Source: Enoplolaimus lenunculus
Lineage: Eukaryota
Assembly (NCBI GenBank): GCA_030248215.1
Contig: JASANG010003984.1
Location: 1 to 64,000 of the forward strand
Length of the DNA stretch: 64,000 bases
Direction: 5' to 3'
Each line of letters opens with the position of its first letter. The first letter of the stretch is position 1. A program made the translations under genes and the position numbers. Shown here piece by piece: positions 26,338 through 37,544 of this stretch. The notes under the pieces are model-generated. The model was not told where the DNA came from, searched no databases, and saw only the letters and a program-made list of their open reading frames with translations.

Positions 26338-27213
26338 TTGTTTTGCTGTTAACCTAATATTGTTCTTAGAATAAACACAAAAGCACGTGGCATAAGGCAT
26401 TGTGTAGGATTAGCTGCAATCACAAGCTCAATGCGCTTGTTTATTGTTTCCGTTTATTTTGCCAAATACTTGGGCCGCGGGTCAACAGGTTAATTGCTCG
26501 TTAATACGATTGTCGCGATGAAATTCTGGTTAATATTAAAATTATCTGGTTTGAAATCAGGTTTGAAAACTTTAGTCACTTTTATTGAATCGTATATGCT
26601 TTCTGCGACACAGGTTCGATGAAAATTAGCTTGGCCAATTCGATAGGAACGTGGTCAAGGTTTAATTTCGAAAGTGTATAAACTTCAAAGATTAATAGGA
26701 ACCGAACAGTGCTTAATTTTTGTATTTTTTACCAACCTTCCGCCCGCCCCCCCCCCCCAAGAATTTCGGGTTTTCCACACGTTCCCAAATTTACTCCTTA
26801 AGCTTGGCTAAGCTTACGGCTTACCTACGCCTAAATTCAAACGTATGTCTATAGTCTTTGAGCTAAGCCTAAGCTTTAAATATGAGTTGCAAAAGCCTAA
26901 TATATTGTTTGAAAACTACTATATTTTTGAAAGAATGTTTCTAGAAATCACTACAATTGTGACTCAGTTGAAAAATATACCGATATGTGTCGTATAATGA
27001 CACACTCGTTTGTTATATACTTGAATGTTTACTAATATCGGCGGTTTAGTCATTAAAACTAAAAGATATTTTGCCAATTTTAGTGCTATATCGAAGCAAT
27101 ATTGCTCTCTTATGGGGTTTCTTGTAATTACTAAGGTGATTCAGGTGTATATTTGTGACCTGGCGTTCCTTAGAATTATTATATATGTGTATATATGTAT
27201 GTATATATGTTTC

Positions 27214-27328
27214 TGAGTAGAATGCGTATAGGTTTCAGTTTTGACTGTTTTCCAAAGTGTGAGTCTTGATGCGTTGAAATTGTTTGAACTCGCGATATAA
27301 ATGTAAGCGTTTACGTATTTTGCTTACA
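27214..27328 (+). ncRNA. let-7-related long-loop miRNA candidate (5p TGAGTAGAATGCGTATAGGTTT)
   Basis: 15 contiguous pairs (incl. G:U) with TACGTATTTTGCTTA 27312-27326 plus further pairs; ~70-nt loop. Confidence 0.55.
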
Positions 27329-29104
27329 ATAATACGATATTTATAGTATAAATTGGGGAAATTTGAAATATTTTGCAATTTTGGAGTTGACAATGGTACG
27401 GCTGAAGTTACCCAGAGCGTGGAATAGAGAGTTCTACAGAATATTTTGTTAATATTTTAAATCACTGCGTAGCAGTAATGGTTCGTGTAGAATTATTTGG
27501 TTAAACGGAATTTTCGTACGGAAAATGGCTAACGGTATAGGCGCGCAACTACGATGACAATTTTTTTCAAAATTTTCAGATCTGCTATAGTTTGATTTCG
27601 AACTAAAATGAGTTTAATTAATTATTATAACGGCGACAATTTTCAATTAATATTCTGACAATTTTAAATCCATCTTAAATTTCAAGTAAACCGAAATTCT
27701 TCTCAAAGATCAGACCCGGTGTCTTTTCGGGTATTAGTTTTAACTCGCTTTTAAGGCGACATTTAATAAGCGATTGAGTTCAATTTCCTGCACTCAAACT
27801 AAGCCTAACCCGTCAATTTTAAACTTAATATTACGACCACCAAAAATGGTTAATGTTTCTTGATTTTATCTTATGCCAGCTTGCATATATTATTCATTTT
27901 ATATCATTTCCAGTTAATACATACACATCCGTAAATTAAAATTGGAAATTGAGTTTGAGTATACTACTACTACTACACGACGCAGTTGGTTCAAAAAGTC
28001 ATTTGGTAAACATTGCCATCTATAAAGAGCATTTTAAATTTTAGGTTTTTAGCTCGAAACCCAAGCCGTTGAGCAGATGGTCATAGATGGATGCAGCTTG
28101 TTGTTAAAATGGAGGTTCTGTTTCAAACCGCTTCCCTCGAGATTTAACTGGGGTTGTAGTCAGAGGTGGAGACAATCGAGCGAAAGGGGGCTTAGCTTTT
28201 GGAAAATTTGCTTTCAGAAAATATGTAACCTCGCTTGTACGTCATGTGAAATTTTTGTAGCTTTTTTTTCTGAAAATTTTTTAGACGCACTAGCGTGATA
28301 AACTGACTATGGGACCAGATTTATTACGCCGGCGGCGTAGGGGTAAACGCGAAGCTATTTGTGGGTTGATGGGTCAAACAAGAAGCGTCTTTTTTGCGAT
28401 TTTAAATGGTCGTTTAAGGACGAAAAATGACATAGCTAGTAATGAGCAAAAGTGACGTGAGCATGTGGCATCCATTTTGTTTTGGGATTGAATGGTCGAG
28501 TTGGTTCGATTGTGGAATGAGTCATTGTGGTGTAGGGTAATCGTTTTGAGTAGGGTTTGTTTGGCAAAACCTAATCGTGAAACATTTCTATAGTTGTGGT
28601 TTAGTTGTATTGGTGGTTAGTTGATAGTTTACTGGTTTACTGGCAGCATACACCATCGTTGTTTTGGTGTCTGGTTGAATTTTTTGTTTCAAATTTTAAT
28701 TCCAAGTTTCGAAAAAAGTTTAACTCGATGTAAAATTTGAGACGTTGTGTAGTTGTCGAAGACTGACGTATAAATTTACGAATTATTTTGTCGATGGTAC
28801 AATAATTATGATTCAATGTTTTTGCTGAAATAAGTATTGTAACAATTTTACATCGCAGTATTTGGGTAGTTTCAGAATAATGAATTTTTGCTAATTTTTC
28901 AAGTTTAACCTTTGTGCCTTCTGGCGAATATAACTCTCATGTATAGGTATTTGTGTTTGTTGACAAACCCGTTGTGGTTGTAGGTTTTTCGAAACCTATA
29001 TACACGTCTACGGAAGAATGGATTGTACCAACAAGGAAATAAGAGCAGACGTATGTATTCATTTCATTGATATTTGGCTGGGTTAGCCAAGAACAGCCGC
29101 GACA

Positions 29105-29157
29105 GCAATAACAATCGCAAACAATACACCACCAACAGAAACAACAGCAACAACGAT

Positions 29158-29216
<59 letters not shown>

Positions 29217-29320
29217 CGAAAACAACAACAAACAACAACAAACAACAAAAACAACTACATCAACAGCAAAAGCAACCACAAGATAAAGCAAAACAAACAC
29301 CAAAAACAACAGACAACAAC
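29105..29320. repeat. (AAC)n microsatellite
   Basis: Seen directly. Confidence 0.95.
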
Positions 29321-30488
29321 TTCAACCTTCAGTGTACCAACTCTGTCTCTCTCTTTCTCTCTCTTTAAATTTACACAGCAAGCAATCGAGTCAACAAACC
29401 TGCGCTACCGTAGACACATAGCACCAGTCTGTGAGACCCGTAAAATGCTTGTGGCATAACCCGAGGTGTCCCCATACGTGCGCGCACACATACACACATG
29501 GGTACCAAGAACCGAGCCAGAAACGATCAGGCACCACAAACAATGACGAGTATGGCAAATAACCAGAACGAACTCGGCGCTGGCCAGCTTGGCGAATAAT
29601 CTATTTATAGCTTTCATCGTCGGCTAAAAGTGTGTGTACGCAGAGTTTAATGCTAAATAAAGCCTATCGGATAGCTAAGGTTTGGCTTTTGGTCGTTGGA
29701 AGTGACGAACGCATGAGTGCAGTTGTAGCGAGTTATTTTTGTGATATAACCTTGGTATGGAGACTAAGTGTCACTTTTGGTTCCAGCGGTTAGTTGAAAA
29801 AATCGGCAATTTACCGAATACTGTTTCAATGGTTTAACATCCCTAGTAAGCGCTTCATCCGATCCGAGAAGTTTCCATTGTGAGACACTAATTTTATACA
29901 TTTGTATAGTCTCTTATCCTGTGTAGGTTAATTTTCTGTTACCCTAAAACCTTTAATTGTCCAAAATTTCAATGGCACGGTCCCTGTAGATCTCTGGCTC
30001 CAGTCCTTCTCGAGACATGCACTCCGCCTTTAGATTAGGGCAAACTGTCTTAAATTCTTGCTTCTTCAACTATTCTATAACATCAGACATGATTAGGCTC
30101 TGATGATACGTGCCAGACTCGTTGTTTGAAGTAGGAATTTAAAATTTGAAAACTAAACCACTGCTTTAGAGTGGACATTTCTAAATACGTGTTGCCAAGG
30201 TTTCCAATGGAGAGTATGTTTGTATGTGTGTGTAAATGGTCTGTTCAGTACTAGTGGACCATGGGACTTTATGGTTTACTAGTTAGGAGCGTGATTTGGT
30301 AGCCACTTTGGATTGGTTACTCGTATATAGGCTTCGTGTGTGCCCGAGTTGTGGTCAAACAAAATTCTAAACTCCAGTCAAACTTTATTACATATATTTG
30401 TTGTGTGTGTATTCTTGCAGCATCGCCTGCCGATTTTCAATTGCGTTTGCCAATAAAAGGCATATTTGAGAGCCGGAAGAACTCCATA

Positions 30489-30566
30489 TATATACGTACA
30501 TATAAATATATACGTACATATAAATATATACGTACATATAAATATATACGTACATATAAATATATA
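30489..30566. repeat. 18-bp tandem repeat, ~4 copies
   Basis: (TATATACGTACATATAAA)n. Confidence 0.9.
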
Positions 30567-31924
30567 TGTATATATATGTATATGTGTATATATTATATAT
30601 ACATGTATGTATGTATACATGTAGCTATTATTAAGGTTTCTCGGTCATAGAATTGGGAATAGAATTGGTGCGAGAGAATTTGGGTACAGAGTGACATAGA
30701 AACACACAGCGAAAATGTTTTCAGCTTTATGTGGCCATTGGTTCGCTTTGGTCTGTTTTCGCTTGCTACGGTACCTTGCACCCATTGTGACCAGCGTAGG
30801 GCTTGGGCACAGCCTATTGGTAAGCTTATACGAACCTGATATGGAAACTGGTTAAAGCTTATTCCTCTAGCTTGACGAGGGCTATGCATCCGTGTATTGT
30901 AATTATGACGGCGGGGGCACGTAAGCAGCACAACATGCCGCCAGGGGGCTAAAATTTTTTGCAACAAGGGCATCCAAGAATTCTACATGACCGACTGGTG
31001 ATGTAACTTTTCTAGGGAATGAAGAAAAAATTTTGAAACGGGGGTTCAGCTCATTCCTCTGGTCTGTTTCTGGATTGCGGTCCTAAGATGATGTTGTTGA
31101 ATCTTAGGTTCGTTTTGGTTTGTGGGGTTCTGACTGCTTTATTTGAATAGAATGACGGCTGTACCGGTGATAGTGTGGCGTGTGGGCTTTTATTTTGTAT
31201 TTGGTTGTGCCTGACACCTACACATATTAATACCTATTTTGTTGTATAGAGACGTATATTTATTTTATTTTATTTATTATTATGTTTAGTATATTTCGTT
31301 GATGTGCGTGTAGTATATGTTTGTTGGTTCATTTAGGATCTAGTAATGGATGTATTTGGCTGTATCATTGAATGATTTTTGGTTCCAATGTGAGATTTTC
31401 CGTGCTACAAGTTGTATTTAATTGAACGAAGAACGCGTTTCACCGTTTTGATTTAAATTCTAGTTGAGAATTATGCGTAGGCTGAGAGTAGTAATTTCGT
31501 GTTATTTTTGATGTTACAATTATATGTAGAAATGTGGATCCTGATGCTATAACGAATGCTTCGGGTGTTATGCATACAGTATGGTAAGTTATAGATAACC
31601 TTTTTGCGATCTGTTTTAAATTATAAAAGATTTGGCCAATTCGGGATTTATCTCGGAAATTAAGGTATTAAATGGTCTGCGGTTGGTAAAAGTAGAAATT
31701 TGGTTAATTTGATTTTTAGATTTTTAAAAAATTCTGAAATGATTTGCTTCGACAGTAGCTTTATTTTAGTCTGCCATTTGTGTTGTTACTAACCCTTTCC
31801 TAAATTATATATATAATATATATGTATATATATGTATGTATATAAATGTGTATATATAATATATTTATTTATATAATATATTTACTTATATGTTTATTTT
31901 AGAATATAATTTAATAAAAAGCTG

Positions 31925-32126
31925 TGAGGTAGGTTTAAAATAACATGCATCTAAATAAAAGTAGATCATCCTATTTATACAATAAAATGCTTGCTATGAC
32001 CTCATCCAATGCTATTCTTCCTCCTGGGTGGAATTACAAACCATATTTTTCAATCGCATAGCAAATAAATTTTCCAGCAAAACCATTACTAAATATTCGA
32101 TGGCTGTTTTAATTTCATTTGCTTAA
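31925..32126 (+). ncRNA. let-7-seed precursor candidate (5p TGAGGTAGGTTTAAAATAACAT, ~155-nt loop)
   Basis: Canonical let-7 start TGAGGTAG 1.26 kb before miR-100. Best partner is TGTTTTAATTTCATTTGCTT (~32105-32124), two 8-bp G:U-rich helices. Confidence 0.4.
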
Positions 32127-33166
32127 GTTACAACAACTGCAAAAAAAGTGATAATTTGTTTCATCGAATAATTTAAATTTAAAAGTATAATAGCATACAT
32201 AGGTCGACTGGTCATAAATATTCGTAACTTTAACTCGTATATATTTCAACTTTAATAAGCACAATCAGTGCTATGATTCAAGTATGACGAAGTTATTATG
32301 CTTTTAAGCTCGCTGACAATGACTCGACCACAACTTGGGACTGTAAACCCTCCTACTGTATCGAATATCGGTTGAAAGTCGCTTCGAAGAAAATGCGGCC
32401 CATGTAACGATCAGGGGCGACCGCTTTTCTATGGGACTGCAATAGCGTAAGGTTAAGCTTTAAACTAATTTATTGCTGAAGCTTAGGCTGAGGTATAAGC
32501 TCATTCTCACTTGTCACATTTAGGTTTAAGAATATGCTTATACTACTGTTACGGCCGTGTTGGTTACATTGGCCGAAAATCCACAAAAGTGTGAAACCGT
32601 ACACAGTCTAAGATCTATTAGCACGCAGATGTGATTTTGTTTTGTAGTTGCCGTCATTAAGCCTAAAACAGCTTTGACTGTATGAAAAAAGAATTGGATT
32701 CGCTAAATCGTAATAGTATTGACGTGATTAATTAGTTGATCGGGCTTAACACCAGAAGTTACTAATACATAATTAATAGCTATAACATCTATTATGCTAA
32801 AAAAATTCAATATTACAAACATCTTCGGTGTTCGGCTTAGCACCAGTCATTTGAGACCCATTAATATACTCAAGGGAACACAGGGAACGCTTTGGGATTT
32901 GGCTGCGACAGGTGCTATTGTGACTGGCACCAAGTCAACCAAAGCCCAAGACTGGTTTAACGTAAACGTGGGTTTACTCAAACCAACTGTATGCCAGTTT
33001 GAGTCGAGTCTAGTATATGAGTGTGTTTCCTGTGTTTCCTTGAGTGTGAATGCGTTTGAAACCATTTTTTGTTAATATTTGAAAATTAAACAACGTTCAA
33101 ACGTGGAATTCAACTTGGATTCATTATTAATAAAGCAACGACAGTTTAATTGACACATAATCTCGA

Positions 33167-33358
33167 GTGCACGATGTTCAAGGTTAACCCGTAGATCCGA
33201 ACTTGTGTTGAGCAATTTGTGTTAAAATATTGCTAAAATGCAGTTTGCCACGTTGTTGTTTGCAAATGTGCAATTAATTGCACCTTTTGTAGGCAGCAAA
33301 TGTTACTGCATATAATAGTTAACGCAAGTCTGGCTACGGGTATATCTCATCGGTGCAT
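33167..33358 (+). ncRNA. mir-100: miR-100 precursor with ~115-nt loop; mature 5p 33186-33207, star arm ~33323-33344
   Basis: AACCCGTAGATCCGAACTTGTG is identical to canonical miR-100. It pairs with CGCAAGTCTGGCTACGGGT. Lower stem GTGCACGATG/CATCGGTGCAT. Confidence 0.88.
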
Positions 33359-34699
33359 TACTTCTTATTCTGGACGGGTTTGTTCCGCATCCGGAGATGG
33401 GGTTTGTGACAACGACGTGGTGTTCGGCGTGTCAGGCGGGTGTGATTGAAGAAAGTAAAAATTACAGATGATTTTATGAAATAAATTCGTTGTTTAAATG
33501 TGCCATTAAGGTCGTGATTCATGTGTAGATAATATTAAAGTAAAATGTCATTTAGAAAACATAGCAGTACTGTGTTGGAAAAGCATTCTATTCGATGCAA
33601 TATAGTGTTCCTACTACAGCATTCAGATCTTGCAAACCTTATTCGAATAGGATGGGGCCTTGACATACGTTTAGGATATGGCTTACACAAGTCTTGGTCA
33701 AAAACCTAAGCCTTTGCGTAAGTGTTAACCTTAAATGTGGTAGCATTGTACATAGCTAAGCACAGTGTTTAAAGCATTAAAAGCGTGTGAAAAATCATTG
33801 ACACAGGCCTAAAAACGTTGTTTTGTCTATGTTGGTATCACGACAATTCGTATCGAGTCGTCTATGATGGTTTCACGACAATTCGTCGTACGACCACTCG
33901 TCGCCGAACAACTTGTAATTCGAATTTCATCGACTCAACAATTCGTCATCCATCATTATGCTTAGGCTCAGGATCACGCTTAGGGATATGCTTAGATTTA
34001 TTTATTGGCTTTTTAGAACTTTGTTGGGCGACAATCCGGCGACGAATTGTCCGTAGATTAGTCAGTGTTTTAGGTAGCATTGAATATAAGCCGTTGCCTG
34101 AGTATGAAATTAAGTGTAAAAACATACTTAAATTGTGGCCAGTGTAAAGAACAGGGGCGGAACAGCAGTATAAGCTTATTCCTAAGCCTAAGCGTAAGCG
34201 TAAACCTAAGCGTAAGAATGTGTTTTATTTCTAAACCTAAGCCTAAGCCAAGCAAAAAATAGTCTAAAGCTTAAGCTTACACTATTGCAGTCACACAGAA
34301 AAACGTTCCGCCTCTGATCTGTACATGGACCTAAATTGTTTATGAAAGTTTCCGTTGAATGTGACTGGTATTGCTATTGCACACGCAATTTGCAGCATAA
34401 ACTAGTGACAGTTAAATGCAAACTGCAGTTGTTTGCAGTGCACCACCACGAGTATACTAATCATTTTCTTCAGTACTGTTTAAAAGCTTTACACCGATAA
34501 AATTTGGTACTGTTGCTTAGTCCCCCCACACTATAAATATGAGGGGGTATACTGTTTCACTAACAACTACAGCAGAACCGGCAGTTTTTGAATCGATTTT
34601 GTGTAAATTTTTTAAGTCCGAACTGTATATAATGTATAGATTATACTCAGTTTGGAAAATGTGATTTGAAAACCTTTAGTTTATGTGGTCAATGTTACT

Positions 34700-34849
34700 T
34701 TAACCCTTTCTCACATGAATATTTCCTATTTCCCATGAGACCTACTTTTATGCTAGGATTCGAACTCCAGTGACCGGAGTTGGAGGCGTATACCATCACC
34801 ACTCCGCTGTAGGAGCTTGACGCTCGAGCCCGAGGGGGCTCTCACGTCT
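34700..34849 (-). mobile_element. tRNA-derived repeat inserted in a GGCC-end MITE (host ~34687-34980)
   Basis: Reverse complement of 6751-6900, flanked by the split halves of the MITE. Confidence 0.7.
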
Positions 34850-37048
34850 TGTGATTTAGTACTATGTATAAAGCCTAAGCGTAAGCGTTGCAAAAATGAA
34901 TTCCTAAGCCGAAGCATAAGCCTAACCAAAAAATGTAATTTAGAATCTAAACCTACTATTTTATAGACCAGCCGGCCCAATTCGTTCATAGTTGATATTT
35001 CGGAAATTCTAGTCAAAAAATATAATCAATGCGCAACAGGATACAACCGGACGTCTGCCTCTGGCTCCGACTCCGGCTGAAAATCGGCCTCCGACTCAGG
35101 CTTTGGTAGAATTTTTGCCGGAGGGTCCGGCAATTTCGGTTGTAAAATTTTGCATAATTTTGCAAAATTTATCTGTTTAGTGCGTATCGTTTTACTTTTG
35201 TCACAATTTTCTGGAAAGAATTTCCGAAATTTTGCCATGAAATTAGGGTAAAACCAAACTACTTTAACAACATGTTGCAGATATTTGCTAAAATTAACTA
35301 AACCATCACGTAATTTCGCCTCACCTCCGGCTCCGGCAAGTTTTGTTGACCTCCGGCTCCGGCTCCGACATTTTTCACCTCCGGTTGCACCCTGGATTGC
35401 GGCCCATGTTAATTGCTATATACATTTGAGTATATGAGCCAAGCTTGCTGCCTAGGTTTAGATTTACGCTTTACCAAATTCCCACTTTGTCTGATAAATA
35501 TCTCCGTTTCTTAACATCCCAAATTTTCGAAATTCCAGCGAAAACAGTAAAGCCCTATTCACACGTGCAAGTTTTTGCAGCAAGCTTGCAGCTGCAAGTA
35601 TTTGCAAGGAAACATAATTTTCAGTCTGAATCTTGGCATAATGTTTCCCGGAAAATACTTGCAGCGGCAAGTATTTTGTGCAAGATGTAGCTGCGAGTAA
35701 ATCGCTGTAAAAGCTTGCGCGTGGGGAATGGGGCGTACCGGTGAAATTCCCAATCCATTTTCCAGTCTTGACTCTATGAAGATTTCCCATGTGTATAGTA
35801 GTGCTAAAATTTAGTTCAATCTCATATTTTATTGGAAAATCTAGCGAACTAAAAGTTCCAGCACACGATACCGCAAGGTGACGGACGAACGGCGCCAGAC
35901 GATAAGCATAGCGTTACTATAATGGTTTTGCCGGCCAGACTTAACTTAAGATTTTCCGTTTCTTTGCGGTTACCGCAGTGTGTGGTTAGGTAAACTTAAT
36001 ATCGATTTTCGAAAAAACGATGTCGTTTCCGTTAATATAGAAATACCGCAAATCAAATGCGAATCACTAAAGTTTTTTGTTGCAGATTTGCGGCCACTGT
36101 GAGATATGATATAAAAATGACCAAATTCATTGCGAAAATTACCAAAATTTTGAATGCACCCGCCCCCTATCTTTCTTAAAGATTTTTAGTGCCTGGCCAA
36201 TGTTACTTTTTATTAAGGACGTCGCGTTTTTTCCGCTGGACAGCAAGACACAGGAATGTTATCGGGGCTGATTCATGCACCTGCCGATAGCATTGTAAAT
36301 GGGAAAACACGGACAGCTGCAAATTCTCGCTGGAAAACGGGACAGTTGGAAAGGTCTGTTTCGGACAAATAAGAAAACTGGACAGCGGCAATTTTTGTGC
36401 TGGAAAAAACTTGACAATGGGACACAAATCAAATTCTTTGCGGATGTTAAAAAATTTGTGAGATCGGTGAAGAATTTCAAGATTCTCGTATTTGGAGTTG
36501 CGCCGCCTGTCACTCCGTCTGTACCTACTTGCGGCCTTGGCAACCGCAGCTGACTTGCACCTTACTGCATTTTGGTAGCTCTATAAAACAGCGAATTTTT
36601 TTGTTCAAAGCACTGGTAGAGTTGAAATACGAATAAATGATGGTATGTATTTTTACATGAAAAGCAGAAAGCAGGACAGCAATGATTTTCTTGCGATTGT
36701 GGGGCTTACAACAAACTTTAATACTCTTCGTATATGCACAAACAAGAGTAGTAAGTGGTGCTCTCTGGCATTATTTCTGTCGTGTGGAGAAAACGGAAAG
36801 CCCCTGAAAGTAGTAGAATAGCACTTTACACATCAATTTCTGTTCCGTTTCGGATATTTACCCTTTAAACTTAAAATATAAGTTACAGCTTAATTATAGT
36901 TGGATGTGAGTTTTCAGTTTAAGTAAAAACTAAAATGACTGGACGGACTAAATTTTTAAGTTTAGACCAAGTCCAGAGTGTGTCAGTTTAGGTAGGAATC
37001 GGGACTTCAGACCTTTAAAAGCAGCTGGAAAACCGGGCCTCCAGAGCG

Positions 37049-37110
37049 AGGATCGAACTTTCAAGCTACGGATTCTTAAGCGAACACTCTACCACTGCGT
37101 CTCGCAGCCC
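37049..37110 (-). mobile_element. Degenerate tRNA-like/SINE head
   Basis: Minus strand GACGCAGTGGTAGAGTG..GTTCGATCC (A/B-box-like); no complete cloverleaf. Confidence 0.4.
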
Positions 37111-37544
37111 GCCTCTCCATCTGTTTCTATCATCGACTATATGTGTCGACCGTATGCTGCCAGTTAGCATACATACAATGCACTGCACTATATTGCATGT
37201 GCACATAACGGACACGCATGTCTCACATGCTTACAGAATGTACCGGTACAGAGCATTCCAAAAGTGACGTTCAAACTCCGAATAATATACGAAGTGTTAG
37301 CAGTAGAATAACTCTGCGTAATTAAAATTTTCTCGGTCTTGACTGAACCTAAATTGTTATAATTTTCAGTTGTTAATCATTGTTATTTAACTCTACAGAC
37401 ACTTTCGAAAGTAATACACAAAAGATCGTAACGAGCGAGAAATTCTTAGCTAGTAATTTGCAAGCCGACAAGTGTATATGGGTTACCGTATTGTAGAGAT
37501 GTGGTCTTGTGGTTACACGCATATGTAGTATATATTATACTGCA

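Noticed and set aside
29601..29610. MEF2-type site CTATTTATAG
   Set aside because: A single AT-rich motif with no supporting promoter evidence.
33207..33318. miR-100 loop as a GT..AG intron whose removal restores a normal hairpin
   Set aside because: Weak donor and acceptor; splicing would clip the last mature base and leave a ~5-nt loop. The miR-125 loop starts with GTAATC but has no AG next to the star arm.
34099..34130. TGAGTATG/CATACTTA hairpin
   Set aside because: Only 8 bp, wedged between repeats; too short for a precursor.
29600..34400. Many isolated 7-8-mer miRNA seed matches (miR-155, -26, -216, -217, -33, -184, -135, -92) suggesting an antisense sponge
   Set aside because: Expected by chance over several kb given dozens of families; no extended matches.
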